A program made the position numbers and the translations under genes. 64,000 nt of DNA from a virus: positions 1 to 64,000 of IMG/VR virus record IMGVR_UViG_3300035438_001058. One strand, given 5' to 3'. How positions within the stretch are numbered: position 1 is the first letter of the stretch; each line of letters begins with the position of its first letter. Below, piece by piece: positions 32,586 through 42,248 of this stretch. The notes under the pieces are model-generated. The model was not told the origin of the DNA, did no database searches, and saw only the letters and a list, made by a program, of their open reading frames with translations.

Positions 32586-33217
32586 AGTTGGATTCTTTTT
32601 GGAAACACACGATTTATCTCGGCTAAGATGTCGTTAGCCATTCGGCTGTCTTTCCTGCGAGGTGACCACACGAATATCCCACGTTTATCCCCTTTCCTAC
32701 CGATGGTTCCAGAAACAATGGACCCCTGCTGGTAATCTAGGGACTCTACCAACTCTTGCACTCCGTTTTGGAAGGGGACAAGTTGTGCGGTGCCACTAAA
32801 CCAGTGAACACCGTCTGTGTACAGGATGGGCCTGTTGAGGACTACAATTTGCAGAATCCCATCGACTACTTTTACGTAGGCGGCTTCCACAAGTTGAATA
32901 TCATTGCCTTGAAGACTCCAGGAACTATGTTCCATAGACACGTCGCCGACAATGCAGAAATCATTGGGTCGATATCCTGTCTCCGACACCTTTTCCATCA
33001 ACATATTGCGAATGAGAATATGCTGCATGGGGGTTAAATGTAGAAGAGGCGAAGTCGTCACTCTGTTAGTGCCCTTCCCTCCCGTGTGTATTCGGATGAA
33101 AGTGCGTAACTGAGAGCTTTCGCCCTTGTTGACGACTTGTATTTGTGCTGCGCCAGGCAACTGTATGAAATCACCGTTGTCATACTCCAGGCGACTTCCC
33201 ATTTCGTAAATGTTCAT
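32582..33217 (-). CDS. Hypothetical protein (TGA stop in an ATGA overlap)
   Basis: 211-aa ORF. Confidence 0.6.
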   Translation of the reverse strand: MNIYEMGSRLEYDNGDFIQLPGAAQIQVVNKGESSQLRTFIRIHTGGKGTNRVTTSPLLHLTPMQHILIRNMLMEKVSETGYRPNDFCIVGDVSMEHSSWSLQGNDIQLVEAAYVKVVDGILQIVVLNRPILYTDGVHWFSGTAQLVPFQNGVQELVESLDYQQGSIVSGTIGRKGDKRGIFVWSPRRKDSRMANDILAEINRVFPKRIQL

Positions 33218-33230
33218 AGGTTCAATTTAA

Positions 33231-33260
33231 TAGGGGGAGTATATTTCAACTCCCCCCTGG
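33231..33260 (-). terminator. Hairpin terminator
   Basis: GGGGGAGT / ACTCCCCC stem. Confidence 0.55.
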
Positions 33261-33264
33261 TTAT

Positions 33265-34017
33265 TTATGCTTCAATTTCGATTGATTCTGTTAGCGCCAC
33301 TTTAGCGTCCAACAGTACTGCAGCCTCTTTTACACTGCGAAGTGCAGCTTTGGTGATGCTATCTTTCTGATCTTCCAGTGCTGCGAGTGCAGCCTTAATG
33401 CTCTTTTCAGCAGCGCTGATTGAGTCATAGGCCGTTTGGAGTTCGTCGGCTTTCAGGCCAAACTGTCCGGCAACTGCGGGTAGAGACTCTTCGTAAGCCA
33501 CAGGAAGGGATTCCACCGCTTCTGTGGAAGGCAGCTCGGCCTCTTCCTCTGCAGAGAACAGAGATTCTACCGCTTCTGCGGTTTCTGTCTCCGTCAGTGG
33601 GGTGAACGCTTCTGGGGTCTGGATTGGCCCGAATGTCTCGGCCAGCAGTTCTGCTGCAGATCCGGCTTCAGATCCGGCTTCGGTGGGGTTTCCTCCCAGC
33701 ATTGTTGTGATGAGCGACAACGTCATTTCGACGTCTTCTGCTGGCACCTCAGCGGGGTGGTAAAACGGAAACTCTGGGGAAGCTTGGTAAGCTTCGAGTT
33801 CCGCTTTTTGAAAACCTGCTACTACGCCACTCCAACGTGGAGAGGCAATCAGCTCTTGGTTTTCGTCGGATAGGTCCTCCCCACGCACAAGTTGCGAGAA
33901 AACATCATAGCACAGCAGTTGAACTGCTTCTCCTTCAGGAGTCAGCCCCAACTGTTCGCGCGTTATAGATTTTACAGCCTCAGCTGTCAGATTCAGGAGA
34001 CCAATGGTCTTTGTCAT
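33265..34017 (-). CDS. Acidic Glu/Ala-rich protein with a C-terminal coiled coil
   Basis: ORF 33265..34308; the probable start is ATG 34017 (MTKTIGLL). Confidence 0.65.
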   Translation of the reverse strand: MTKTIGLLNLTAEAVKSITREQLGLTPEGEAVQLLCYDVFSQLVRGEDLSDENQELIASPRWSGVVAGFQKAELEAYQASPEFPFYHPAEVPAEDVEMTLSLITTMLGGNPTEAGSEAGSAAELLAETFGPIQTPEAFTPLTETETAEAVESLFSAEEEAELPSTEAVESLPVAYEESLPAVAGQFGLKADELQTAYDSISAAEKSIKAALAALEDQKDSITKAALRSVKEAAVLLDAKVALTESIEIEA

Positions 34018-34276
34018 GTTGAGAGAATTTATGGTTAAAAAATTTGTGTTCTTCTCCTCTATAAGGAGCAATCCCCCAGGTACATTGTTGTACCTATGTG
34101 CGGTTTCTAAAGCTCTTGTTATGTAGACTTTAGGACCACGCCCTGTAAAATGGTCTGATATCACGCATACTGACGGGATAGCAAGATAGCTACGCGCTGG
34201 CTTGGTGTGGGTAAGACACCAAATACCGGAAGCAGTAGCAAATCCTGGACGCATTTTTTTGCATTTTTCGAAGCAG

Positions 34277-35401
34277 TTAAAGTAACTGAAAATCTCTATC
34301 TGCAACATAATACGCTTGCCCCCCTGAATTTTTACATAGTGTTACCAGCTTTGTATTTTGTTCTTCTATGATAAACGCAGTTATTGGAATTGAAAATTCC
34401 TTTAGATCTACGTCATCTTGCCCATCATTTATAATCACGATCTCTGTACGTTCCGGAAGCTGGATATCATCTAAGAACCCAGTTTCCATTGATTGTCTCA
34501 GTTCTTCTAATACACCACCTATGTATGTAGTCCCCCCATTTGGATCCCTATACTGTTTGGATTTAAAATAGTCGATAGCAGAGGCACTGTCTAGTAATAC
34601 ACATTTATCTCGAGTAGTTTCGAAATAAGACAATAATATCACAGAATTACCCGCCAGTACCATCTCAAATAGACCATCCAGTATTTTTGTTACGCATTGG
34701 ATTTTGTCATCATTGCTCATAGAACCGCTATCATCTAACAGAACTACGAGGTATTGTCGCTCCTCTTCATACTTTAAAGGTAGGGCTATCTCTAGCTTTC
34801 CTTCTGCCATGTTGAAAAAGAACTCGTCATCATCTAAGCACAAAGATTCTTCTGTTAAAAAGTCAATGTGTTCAGATTTCCTATAATACTTTCTAGCTGC
34901 GGCTACTCTTGGTTTGCCGTAAACTAGATTTTTTTCAGTAATTTCGGCTCTTTGCATAACCTCAGAAAATCCTATATCAGGAATATCTTCTGATGCTTCA
35001 AGAGACTCATCCCAGTCGAGTGGTGTAAAGTCTCTAGAACCTTCACCTCCTTTTTTGTCGCCAGTACGCTTCTCTTCTCTCTCCATTTTCTGGAGCATAT
35101 CCTCAAGCTCACCATTTTCTGCTAAGCTGTTTAAGGACGAGTCTGGGTAAGTAGACAACATCTCAGCATATTTCCAGCCGATATCCATAATGTCTGACGT
35201 ATCTTCAGCAATTCTGCTTTCAATAGCACTCAGCCACTTTAAATCTTCGGGTATATCGTAAACCTCTTGGAATACCTCTCTTGATGCTGCTGCAGTTATG
35301 ACAGACATCATACGCAGAGCTCTAGCATTTAGCTCTTTTGCTTGAGGCAGAGCTCTTAACTCATCTACAGAAGGAGGTGCCCATTTATAAGGCTCTATCA
35401 C
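34277..35401 (-). CDS. VWA (MIDAS) domain protein, ViaA-like
   Basis: VVLLDDSGSMS (DxSxS), GGTTYIG and IVIINDGQD motifs. Confidence 0.85.
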   Translation of the reverse strand: MIEPYKWAPPSVDELRALPQAKELNARALRMMSVITAAASREVFQEVYDIPEDLKWLSAIESRIAEDTSDIMDIGWKYAEMLSTYPDSSLNSLAENGELEDMLQKMEREEKRTGDKKGGEGSRDFTPLDWDESLEASEDIPDIGFSEVMQRAEITEKNLVYGKPRVAAARKYYRKSEHIDFLTEESLCLDDDEFFFNMAEGKLEIALPLKYEEERQYLVVLLDDSGSMSNDDKIQCVTKILDGLFEMVLAGNSVILLSYFETTRDKCVLLDSASAIDYFKSKQYRDPNGGTTYIGGVLEELRQSMETGFLDDIQLPERTEIVIINDGQDDVDLKEFSIPITAFIIEEQNTKLVTLCKNSGGQAYYVADRDFQLL

Positions 35402-36393
35402 AGCCTAGGCCTTGATAGGTTCTCAATAGCGTTTTGCTGGAGAGCTTGCGCTTTCTTTACCAGGCCCTTCAATCTGCCAGAGTAAACCCCATCAGTTGGG
35501 ATAACTTTAAGGTTTCTGATCAGTCGTTGAGCCAGAGCGAGCAGTTTTAGATGCTGCTCTACGTTCGTGGTTACTTCCGCCAAGTTGACGGTTTTCTCTA
35601 TCTCCTCGATTTCCGCTATATACGGGAATGAGGCTTCTAGAGCCAACAACTCGTCGTAAACCATCTGCGTCATACCCCTAAAGGTGCGCAGTGCTTGTAG
35701 TCCGCCGATTTCATGAATTCGGCGCATCATCATTACATCTCTAGGGGATACTTCAAATCCCAAATCATGGCACTTTTCTGCGATGCGAGCAACTTGAAGA
35801 TCTGAAAAGCCTCTAGCCTCGAACATGGATTGAAAGTCATTAGCGGTGTAGCTAGGCCACTCAACTTTATGAGTGAACGCAAATCGACCTAACAGGGCAT
35901 TGCGACTCTGGTCCTTCCCTGCCCATTTAAGAGGGTCTACATTTGTGCAAATGATAAGGGTTTGCAACTTATTAGGTTCGCATACCCCGTTAATGCAAAT
36001 GTAACCTCTCTGTAGACCATCTTTTAAGGACAGCAGGAGATCGTCAGGTGCGTCAAATCCTTCTTCAAGGATCGCGTACCGGCTTTTGAGAAACACAGTA
36101 TCTTCAAGCACTGTTTTCCGTTTACCCTCTTCTCTGAGGGTTTTGATGTCTGTGTACCCGACAAAAGGGCTCGCATCCATCTGCTGGGAGCAGGAAGCGA
36201 TGTACGTTTCTCCGTAAAAATTGGGCGTCATTATTTTCAAACAAGCCTCCGCTATGTCTGATTTTGCGTGACCGCCCGGTCCGTGTAGAATTATGTTACT
36301 CTTTGACTTTAGAGCGTAGTAAATCGCTTCTGCAGTCGTCTGAGAGTGAACAAACTGGGACGTGATGGTATTCAAAAATTCTGGTAATTCCAT
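35398..36393 (-). CDS. MoxR/RavA-like AAA+ ATPase (TGA stop in a GTGA overlap)
   Basis: NIILHGPGGHAKS, AILEEGFDA and ALLGRF motifs; adjacent to the VWA gene. Confidence 0.8.
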   Translation of the reverse strand: MELPEFLNTITSQFVHSQTTAEAIYYALKSKSNIILHGPGGHAKSDIAEACLKIMTPNFYGETYIASCSQQMDASPFVGYTDIKTLREEGKRKTVLEDTVFLKSRYAILEEGFDAPDDLLLSLKDGLQRGYICINGVCEPNKLQTLIICTNVDPLKWAGKDQSRNALLGRFAFTHKVEWPSYTANDFQSMFEARGFSDLQVARIAEKCHDLGFEVSPRDVMMMRRIHEIGGLQALRTFRGMTQMVYDELLALEASFPYIAEIEEIEKTVNLAEVTTNVEQHLKLLALAQRLIRNLKVIPTDGVYSGRLKGLVKKAQALQQNAIENLSRPRL

Positions 36394-36431
36394 TTTTTTT
36401 GGAGAGAGGACTTAATGCCTCCCTCCATTTT

Positions 36432-37229
36432 TTAATCATACTTGTGTAAATCGTACGTCTCGATTACCCGCACAATCGTGGCGGCATAATCTGGTGCAGT
36501 TGCATACCCGCATTTTTGAAGCCCCGACGCCCACGACCGATAGTCTTTTGACCAAAACAGCCGCTTGTAACGCTTTGCCTTCAAGAATGCCGAGTGTCTT
36601 TTGTAAGACTCTTCCGCACTCGTGAACTTCAGGAAAAAATCTTTGTGGGTATCATCCGTGTAATTCGAGCAGTGGCCCCTTTTGCAGGCTTTTGAAAAAC
36701 ACTTCAACCCAAAATGGTTGTTGTTCTTCACGGCCAGTGAGGACGTGCCCGCTCTAGACTCTATTAGCCCCTGAGCTAAGGTTATAGAGGCAGGGATTCC
36801 TGTGTTTTTTGCTTCCCGTTGGGCAATCCGAGCGAATTTCGCGATATACGCTGGTGCGTCATATTGCGGGGGCATTGCCGGGGCTTGTGGGTTAGCCGCC
36901 TTCTTTTTGACGGGCTTATAAACCATCTTTTCCGGGGCCTGTACTGCCTCAGGGATTGGTTTTGCCACTGCATAGGCGTACACCAGCCGTGGACTTGGGT
37001 TATCACTCGTCAACGCGGTTACAGCACATCCAATGGTAGCTGTACCTGTCGCAAAGAACAACACAATGCCCACTTTGGTGTGCATATTGACACTCTTAAA
37101 AAACTTTATTTGTATGAGGAACCACTCATGCAGTTCCAAATCCCTCACACTTTTTGTCTTTCTATATGGTTGCAGTTCCATACTAAAAAAATTTTGAGAT
37201 TTAAAAATAGACTTGTATTTGAACATCAA
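36432..37229 (-). CDS. GH73 glucosaminidase / FlgJ-type muramidase with a TM anchor
   Basis: GIPASITLAQGLIES, NNHFGLKC and GLQKCGYATAPDYA motifs. Confidence 0.9.
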   Translation of the reverse strand: MMFKYKSIFKSQNFFSMELQPYRKTKSVRDLELHEWFLIQIKFFKSVNMHTKVGIVLFFATGTATIGCAVTALTSDNPSPRLVYAYAVAKPIPEAVQAPEKMVYKPVKKKAANPQAPAMPPQYDAPAYIAKFARIAQREAKNTGIPASITLAQGLIESRAGTSSLAVKNNNHFGLKCFSKACKRGHCSNYTDDTHKDFFLKFTSAEESYKRHSAFLKAKRYKRLFWSKDYRSWASGLQKCGYATAPDYAATIVRVIETYDLHKYD

Positions 37230-37288
37230 AGACCGCCCTGTGAATCTTTGTCGATGTGCAGTACAAGCCTTTGCCAGGACTTGAGTTG

Positions 37289-37528
37289 TTACTTTTCAAT
37301 ACTCCGCCACTTCTTGCGGATATCCGCCAACTCTTTCCCGAACAAGTCGTCCGAAACTGTTGACTCGGAGTAAAGGGCATCTGCTTTGGCGTTGATCTGG
37401 GCCAGCGCAGACACCTTCAGATTTTCCAAATCCACTACCAGATTAGTGGATTTAGGAGGAGGTCTTAGGCTTCTACCTATAAGAGTCCCCACTATAGCGG
37501 CAGCTAGTACCGCAAACATTGTTTCCAT
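37289..37528 (-). CDS. Small membrane-anchored protein
   Basis: Hydrophobic N-terminus. Confidence 0.55.
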   Translation of the reverse strand: METMFAVLAAAIVGTLIGRSLRPPPKSTNLVVDLENLKVSALAQINAKADALYSESTVSDDLFGKELADIRKKWRSIEK

Positions 37529-38037
37529 AAGTCGTAAAATACTTTTTCGGAAGCACTACCATGAGCGTCTCCAAGATGAGCGAATATTCCCGCTTCAGTA
37601 CATACCCAGTCTTCTATGCCCTCTCTTTTGAGACGGTTAATAAAGGCCAGTCTATATTTAGCGGGAACTTTGTCCACGTATTCTTTCGCACTATTTCTCA
37701 ACACAAATATTGAATTTTGTGCCAAGACGGCGGTTTCCACTCCATTCACCCACTTTGGGTGGGTGTACTCGTGCGCAAACAGCAGAGTAAGAAAATCCTC
37801 TGCTGGAATGTTTCTTTCTTTTTCTCCGTCGTAAGCACAAGTCACTAGACTTCCGTTTACGGTGATTTTTGGCAGCGAAGACCCTTTAGGGGGTTTCACT
37901 ATATTGGTACTAATCTTCCCCCACAAAGAAGGGAATCTGAAAGGGGGTTTGGCGTTTACACACCAACTGCTCCATGCTTTATACACACGGTACAGGTAAA
38001 CCCCCAGCAAGATCGCGCAACCTAGAATTACTTTCAT
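37504..38037 (-). CDS. Membrane-anchored hypothetical protein
   Basis: ORF 37504..38163; the probable start is ATG 38037, which overlaps the upstream TAA. Confidence 0.55.
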   Translation of the reverse strand: MKVILGCAILLGVYLYRVYKAWSSWCVNAKPPFRFPSLWGKISTNIVKPPKGSSLPKITVNGSLVTCAYDGEKERNIPAEDFLTLLFAHEYTHPKWVNGVETAVLAQNSIFVLRNSAKEYVDKVPAKYRLAFINRLKREGIEDWVCTEAGIFAHLGDAHGSASEKVFYDLWKQCLRY

Positions 38038-38222
38038 TATTCCAGGTCTCTGCATCTGCACATTACTGAATCCGTAAGGATCCCATTTGGTTGGGTGTTT
38101 TCCCTTACACACTCCCAAAAAGTCTGGGTGTGGGAGTACTTTTCCCATTTGTCGTACAGCCATAAAGCCGCCACAAATATAGTAGCGACTTTTATGACTT
38201 TAAATAACCGTTGTTTACTCAT
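38037..38222 (-). CDS. Small membrane protein
   Basis: Begins MSKQRLFKVIKVATIFVAALWLY; has an AT-rich leader. Confidence 0.5.
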   Translation of the reverse strand: MSKQRLFKVIKVATIFVAALWLYDKWEKYSHTQTFWECVRENTQPNGILTDSVMCRCRDLE

Positions 38223-38240
38223 ATAAATTGATTTGGTGAG

Positions 38241-38331
38241 TGCCAGCAACAGGAGTCGAACCTGTATTTCATTACACGAACCCTTGAACGGAGAACCGTA
38301 TAATGCGCATTACCGCTAATGCTATGCTGGC
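38241..38331 (-). ncRNA. tRNA-like RNA with an extended 36-nt anticodon arm
   Basis: Acceptor GCCAGCA/TGCTGGC+A; D arm GCAT-TAGCGGTA-ATGC; T arm ACAGG-TTCGACT-CCTGT; anticodon arm CATTATACG-(18 nt)-CGTGTAATG. Confidence 0.75.
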
Positions 38332-38459
38332 TTAAAACCCCCCACCTGCATTCAGGTAGGGGGTAAACCGGCTCTGATAAAGTGTGCCCTTTCGGGGCCT
38401 GTAGTACGCTCACGACTAAACAGTCCAGAATAATCGCGCGACACTTCCAGTTTCCTCTA

Positions 38460-38804
38460 TCAGGCCTTCCCGTGTAAATACTCATCCAACGCCGAATCTT
38501 TATCCGACGCTGGATATGCTAGTGGGTTTAGAGGGTGCGTCTCATGTACCGCTCCATCTTTAAATATCCACCAGCGAGTTTCTTTGACTACTAAAATGTG
38601 CTCTACGCGACATTTTAAGTAGTACTTAAATTCAAACAGTCCCCTCTTCTCCTCTATAATGGAGATGTACTCTGTAACCATATGGTCCAAGAGTTCTGGG
38701 ACACCTGTAATGCCTTTAAGGCAAGATAGAATACCGAACATTGCGGGTATGCTATCCTCCTGCGAGGACTTTATCTTTAGGATTGACCGGAGATGACTAA
38801 TCAT
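38460..38804 (-). CDS. Hypothetical protein (TGA stop)
   Basis: 114-aa ORF. Confidence 0.5.
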   Translation of the reverse strand: MISHLRSILKIKSSQEDSIPAMFGILSCLKGITGVPELLDHMVTEYISIIEEKRGLFEFKYYLKCRVEHILVVKETRWWIFKDGAVHETHPLNPLAYPASDKDSALDEYLHGKA

Positions 38805-38947
38805 CTTTCGGTTTTTTTGCTATTACCTTAACATTGTTGCGCTTTAGGCGCTCAGTGCCAAGGTAAGTGTTACCTAAAGTTGGGCTAAACAGCGGGGTCG
38901 ACCGCTTTTTCGGCTTAGGAAGTGGGGTATAAAAACCCTTGCTTTTC

Positions 38948-39280
38948 CTAACTTTTTCGTTTTCCATACTCGAATTTTTTTCGGGGGTGGAACCCGTTTT
39001 GACGAAAATGCTCTGCCAGGCTCTCTACTATATTGTAGTTCTCGTCTAGCTCGGTAATTACCGTTTTTACTTTTCCGTATCGCCAGATATGCTGGTTCCT
39101 GACGACGGTAATTTTTGAATTTGATAGCTCGTCTACTATCCGAGGGATAGTGTACCCCTGTTCGTGCATATCCTGGATCATGGATACGCAGAGCGACATC
39201 GACGGCGAGTGTGTGGAGAGCCGTAAATTCTCTGCTACAAATCGCAGTGCAAAAGCGGCCCCCTTTTCGAATTCTGTCAT
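38948..39280 (-). CDS. Hypothetical protein
   Basis: ATGA overlap with the upstream gene. Confidence 0.55.
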   Translation of the reverse strand: MTEFEKGAAFALRFVAENLRLSTHSPSMSLCVSMIQDMHEQGYTIPRIVDELSNSKITVVRNQHIWRYGKVKTVITELDENYNIVESLAEHFRQNGFHPRKKFEYGKRKS

Positions 39281-40191
39281 AATCCGAATCTTACGTTTAT
39301 GGATGAAGCCAGATTTTTTATAGGGCTCACACCCCTCTGGCCGTTTTTGATTTCACTGTAGTCTACTAGCCATCCAAACTGAATGGCTTTTTTGTACTTT
39401 ACCTGCAGTAAAGTCTTAATACCAAACCCATTGTAAAATGGATTGGTGGGTAAAAAGAGTTTACTGTTTATGATACTTGTCGCCATGCTAGTAATGTCGT
39501 CAGCGAATGGTATGTGCAGTTTGGATATTTCTGCGTTTACCATTTCTGATACATCAGGTACTAGCCCGACATTGTTTGAGGCATCAAGTGATGTTACCCA
39601 GTAGGGGTAAACATTTCCTGATATCCCCCATTTTTTGTACGGGGACGACTTTAATGAGGGGCTGATAATGTTGTACATATTCAGCTCTACCCTAAGATCA
39701 ACCCTGCCACTAATGAGTGGCTTACTAGCCTCCTCTTTGAGGGCCGCAATTGCGAGCTCCTCTAATAGGTGGCTTCTGTCAGTCAAAAGATCAGCTATTA
39801 AGCCGATTGATTTTGCTGAGTATATACTGGGTTGCTCCATTCTACCTTTACCCCATTGTATAGAGGCTTGGGCGTACGGTATTCCCAGAGTCACAGATTT
39901 GGTAATCTCAAATCCTCTAAAGGATTGAGTTCTTACCCCTGTAAGTGGGTTAATATCCATCAAGATGTTTTCGACACCTATTGGGATATTGAATCCTATC
40001 TGATTTTCGACATCATGAATGTCGCTCTGATTAATCTTGGCATCAAAATACTGTTCTAGATCCACTGTTGAGGTGGAGTAACGGTATTGTATGCCATTGT
40101 TCACATCCACCACACTGTGGCTCAGGAATCTACTAAAGTAGCCCTGAGCCTGTGCGGATGTAGCGATCAGCACTAAAATGACGACCCTCAT
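39277..40191 (-). CDS. Secreted, probable outer-membrane beta-barrel protein (TGA stop)
   Basis: Signal peptide MRVVILVLIATSAQA; amphipathic beta-strand pattern; C-terminus INVRFGL. Confidence 0.6.
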   Translation of the reverse strand: MRVVILVLIATSAQAQGYFSRFLSHSVVDVNNGIQYRYSTSTVDLEQYFDAKINQSDIHDVENQIGFNIPIGVENILMDINPLTGVRTQSFRGFEITKSVTLGIPYAQASIQWGKGRMEQPSIYSAKSIGLIADLLTDRSHLLEELAIAALKEEASKPLISGRVDLRVELNMYNIISPSLKSSPYKKWGISGNVYPYWVTSLDASNNVGLVPDVSEMVNAEISKLHIPFADDITSMATSIINSKLFLPTNPFYNGFGIKTLLQVKYKKAIQFGWLVDYSEIKNGQRGVSPIKNLASSINVRFGL

Positions 40192-40826
40192 TTAATAAGG
40201 GTTATGTCGCCAAAGTATGTCAGGCCATCGGTTGTGATGACCCATATATACACGGCTGGCGGATAATTTGCACCGTCCCAGCCACTAAACTCATCATTGG
40301 TGTAAAAGCCAGAGCGGCTCCACACCTCTGATCCCCAACGGTCGAACACCATCATCTCCTCAATGAGGATACTCTCCTCACTTATTGGATAGATGAAGGC
40401 GTTTATTGTGTCCCCGTTAGGACTGAACGCATTCGGCACCCAAAACTTGGCCTTTTTCTTAGGCCCGACAATTGCTGTATCAATAACAGCTGTGTCGATG
40501 GGTGTATCACAACTAGTGGCAACAACCACCTGATCGTATGCGCCAATGGTGGACTTTCCGTCATCATTGACTAACACGATTCTAGTGTACCACAACGTGC
40601 CTGGCGTTGTGATAATAATCATTGTAGAGTCTTCACCTCCCCCAAACACATGGCCGAAGGGAAGCTCATACTCAGCACTACCTCCCGTTATATCAAACGT
40701 GGAGTACGACCCAGTGGCTGGGTCTGATGTTTCATACAGGTAAAATGGTTCGCCTACGCAAACCTCCTGTTGGGCTGCCACTCCTGTACTCAGTAGCAGC
40801 AGCCCTATTAGGACCCTATAGATCAT
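40188..40826 (-). CDS. Secreted protein with a gliding-motility-associated / T9SS type B C-terminal domain (TGA stop)
   Basis: Signal peptide from ATG 40826; FWVPNAFSPNGDTINA...VFDRWGSEVW...WDG...YIWVI...GDITLIK matches the CHU_C-type pattern. Confidence 0.85.
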   Translation of the reverse strand: MIYRVLIGLLLLSTGVAAQQEVCVGEPFYLYETSDPATGSYSTFDITGGSAEYELPFGHVFGGGEDSTMIIITTPGTLWYTRIVLVNDDGKSTIGAYDQVVVATSCDTPIDTAVIDTAIVGPKKKAKFWVPNAFSPNGDTINAFIYPISEESILIEEMMVFDRWGSEVWSRSGFYTNDEFSGWDGANYPPAVYIWVITTDGLTYFGDITLIK

Positions 40827-41514
40827 TTTTATATAATTTTTTGGGGGTTGTCCCCCGTTTAACATATACCCCAATAGACGCGGAGTGCATACGTGCCGTA
40901 TTAACTACGGACGTAATGTCTACGTCTACTTGGAGCATTGCTCCGATCTTAACACCTGAATCAAACAGGTGCCCTATCCCAACTTTTATTGGGATGATTT
41001 TGCCTGAGTTCCGGTGTAGCGCGTTTTTTTTACGAATCATTGGCATTGCTGCCATCTGATCGTTCGCGCTTTTTAATGAGTTCAGTATTGTGGGGCGTCC
41101 GAACCCCTTATCGTAGACCAGCTTATAGCCGATCTTGAGGGTTACGAACTGATACCCCCCGGACAGGGCGAAATCTTCCCCGAACCCAGCCTCGATTGAG
41201 GCGGATAGGTACTGAAGTGCCGACTTAGAGGTCGACACTTCTGCCCGCAAGAATGCGGGGAAGGTTTCGTAATACGCTTCCGCATTCACCCCGAAAGATG
41301 GGGCGAATATGAAGCGTTTTAGCGACTTTTTGTAGTCGCTGAGCTGGATATTTTTGTCCTCCAGATAGGACACCAGATCGGTATTTTCATACCGGATCTT
41401 GGGGCTCAAGACCCCGAAGCCTGCAGACAAACCGTAGTCGATTTGCTGGGCGTACGTAGCGGTGGTAAGAAGCAGGAGGAAAACTATCCCCCTGCCCTTG
41501 ATTTTGTTATGCAT
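40816..41514 (-). CDS. Secreted, probable outer-membrane beta-barrel protein
   Basis: Signal peptide ending TTATYA-QQ; YGLSAGFG and SIGVYVK strands. Confidence 0.6.
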   Translation of the reverse strand: MHNKIKGRGIVFLLLLTTATYAQQIDYGLSAGFGVLSPKIRYENTDLVSYLEDKNIQLSDYKKSLKRFIFAPSFGVNAEAYYETFPAFLRAEVSTSKSALQYLSASIEAGFGEDFALSGGYQFVTLKIGYKLVYDKGFGRPTILNSLKSANDQMAAMPMIRKKNALHRNSGKIIPIKVGIGHLFDSGVKIGAMLQVDVDITSVVNTARMHSASIGVYVKRGTTPKKLYKNDL

Positions 41515-41515
41515 T

Positions 41516-42190
41516 TTATAGCTTTGGTTGTACGACGAACCCAGTTTCGTCGTTGTGTTTGAAGAGCTCGAATGCTGGGTTCGAGATTTGTTTCCACTCC
41601 CTGCTGTACGTCAGCAGGGAGTATAGTGAGCGTCCATTATGCGCCAGACTAGCTGGTATGTATATTAGGTCTGCTGTCAACCTCCCTTGTGTGAGCGATC
41701 CCCAACCTACACCGCTACCAGTGAAGTGGATGTTGCATCGCAATTCCCCCGACTCGTATATGTACCCAATACGGTCATTATCCTGCGAATTGTTTGCCCA
41801 GAGGGTATATTCCTTTGTTGCTCTGATTACCTCTTTGTCACCAATACCCCACATTTTCATGGAGTCAGCACAAGAGCGCGACACCTTTGCACAGGTCTCG
41901 GTAAGCGACATAAAATATGTCGCCTTGGTTTCTAGCACTTGACTTTTAAACCAAGGCTGTGTGGACAACCACTTTGCCATTGTTGTGGCAGGAATGCTTA
42001 GTGTATGGGCTTTTTTGGGGTGCCAGATAGTGCACAAGTCACTTTTATTAGTGATGTGTACCCATCTGAGTTCATTGTCCTCCACAACACTCCAATCAAG
42101 AAGTTCACACTTCTCTTTTTCGGTTATGAAAAAACTAAAACCGTTGTAGGTGGGACAGACCCTTCGTTTACTTCCCAGGAATTTTTTCAT
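41516..42190 (-). CDS. Hypothetical protein
   Basis: 224-aa ORF with an A-rich leader. Confidence 0.6.
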   Translation of the reverse strand: MKKFLGSKRRVCPTYNGFSFFITEKEKCELLDWSVVEDNELRWVHITNKSDLCTIWHPKKAHTLSIPATTMAKWLSTQPWFKSQVLETKATYFMSLTETCAKVSRSCADSMKMWGIGDKEVIRATKEYTLWANNSQDNDRIGYIYESGELRCNIHFTGSGVGWGSLTQGRLTADLIYIPASLAHNGRSLYSLLTYSREWKQISNPAFELFKHNDETGFVVQPKL

Positions 42191-42248
42191 ACTTTGTTTT
42201 TTAGTTTAAAAGGTTAAAAATCCCCAGGAATTGTGCTATAGTACTTGT

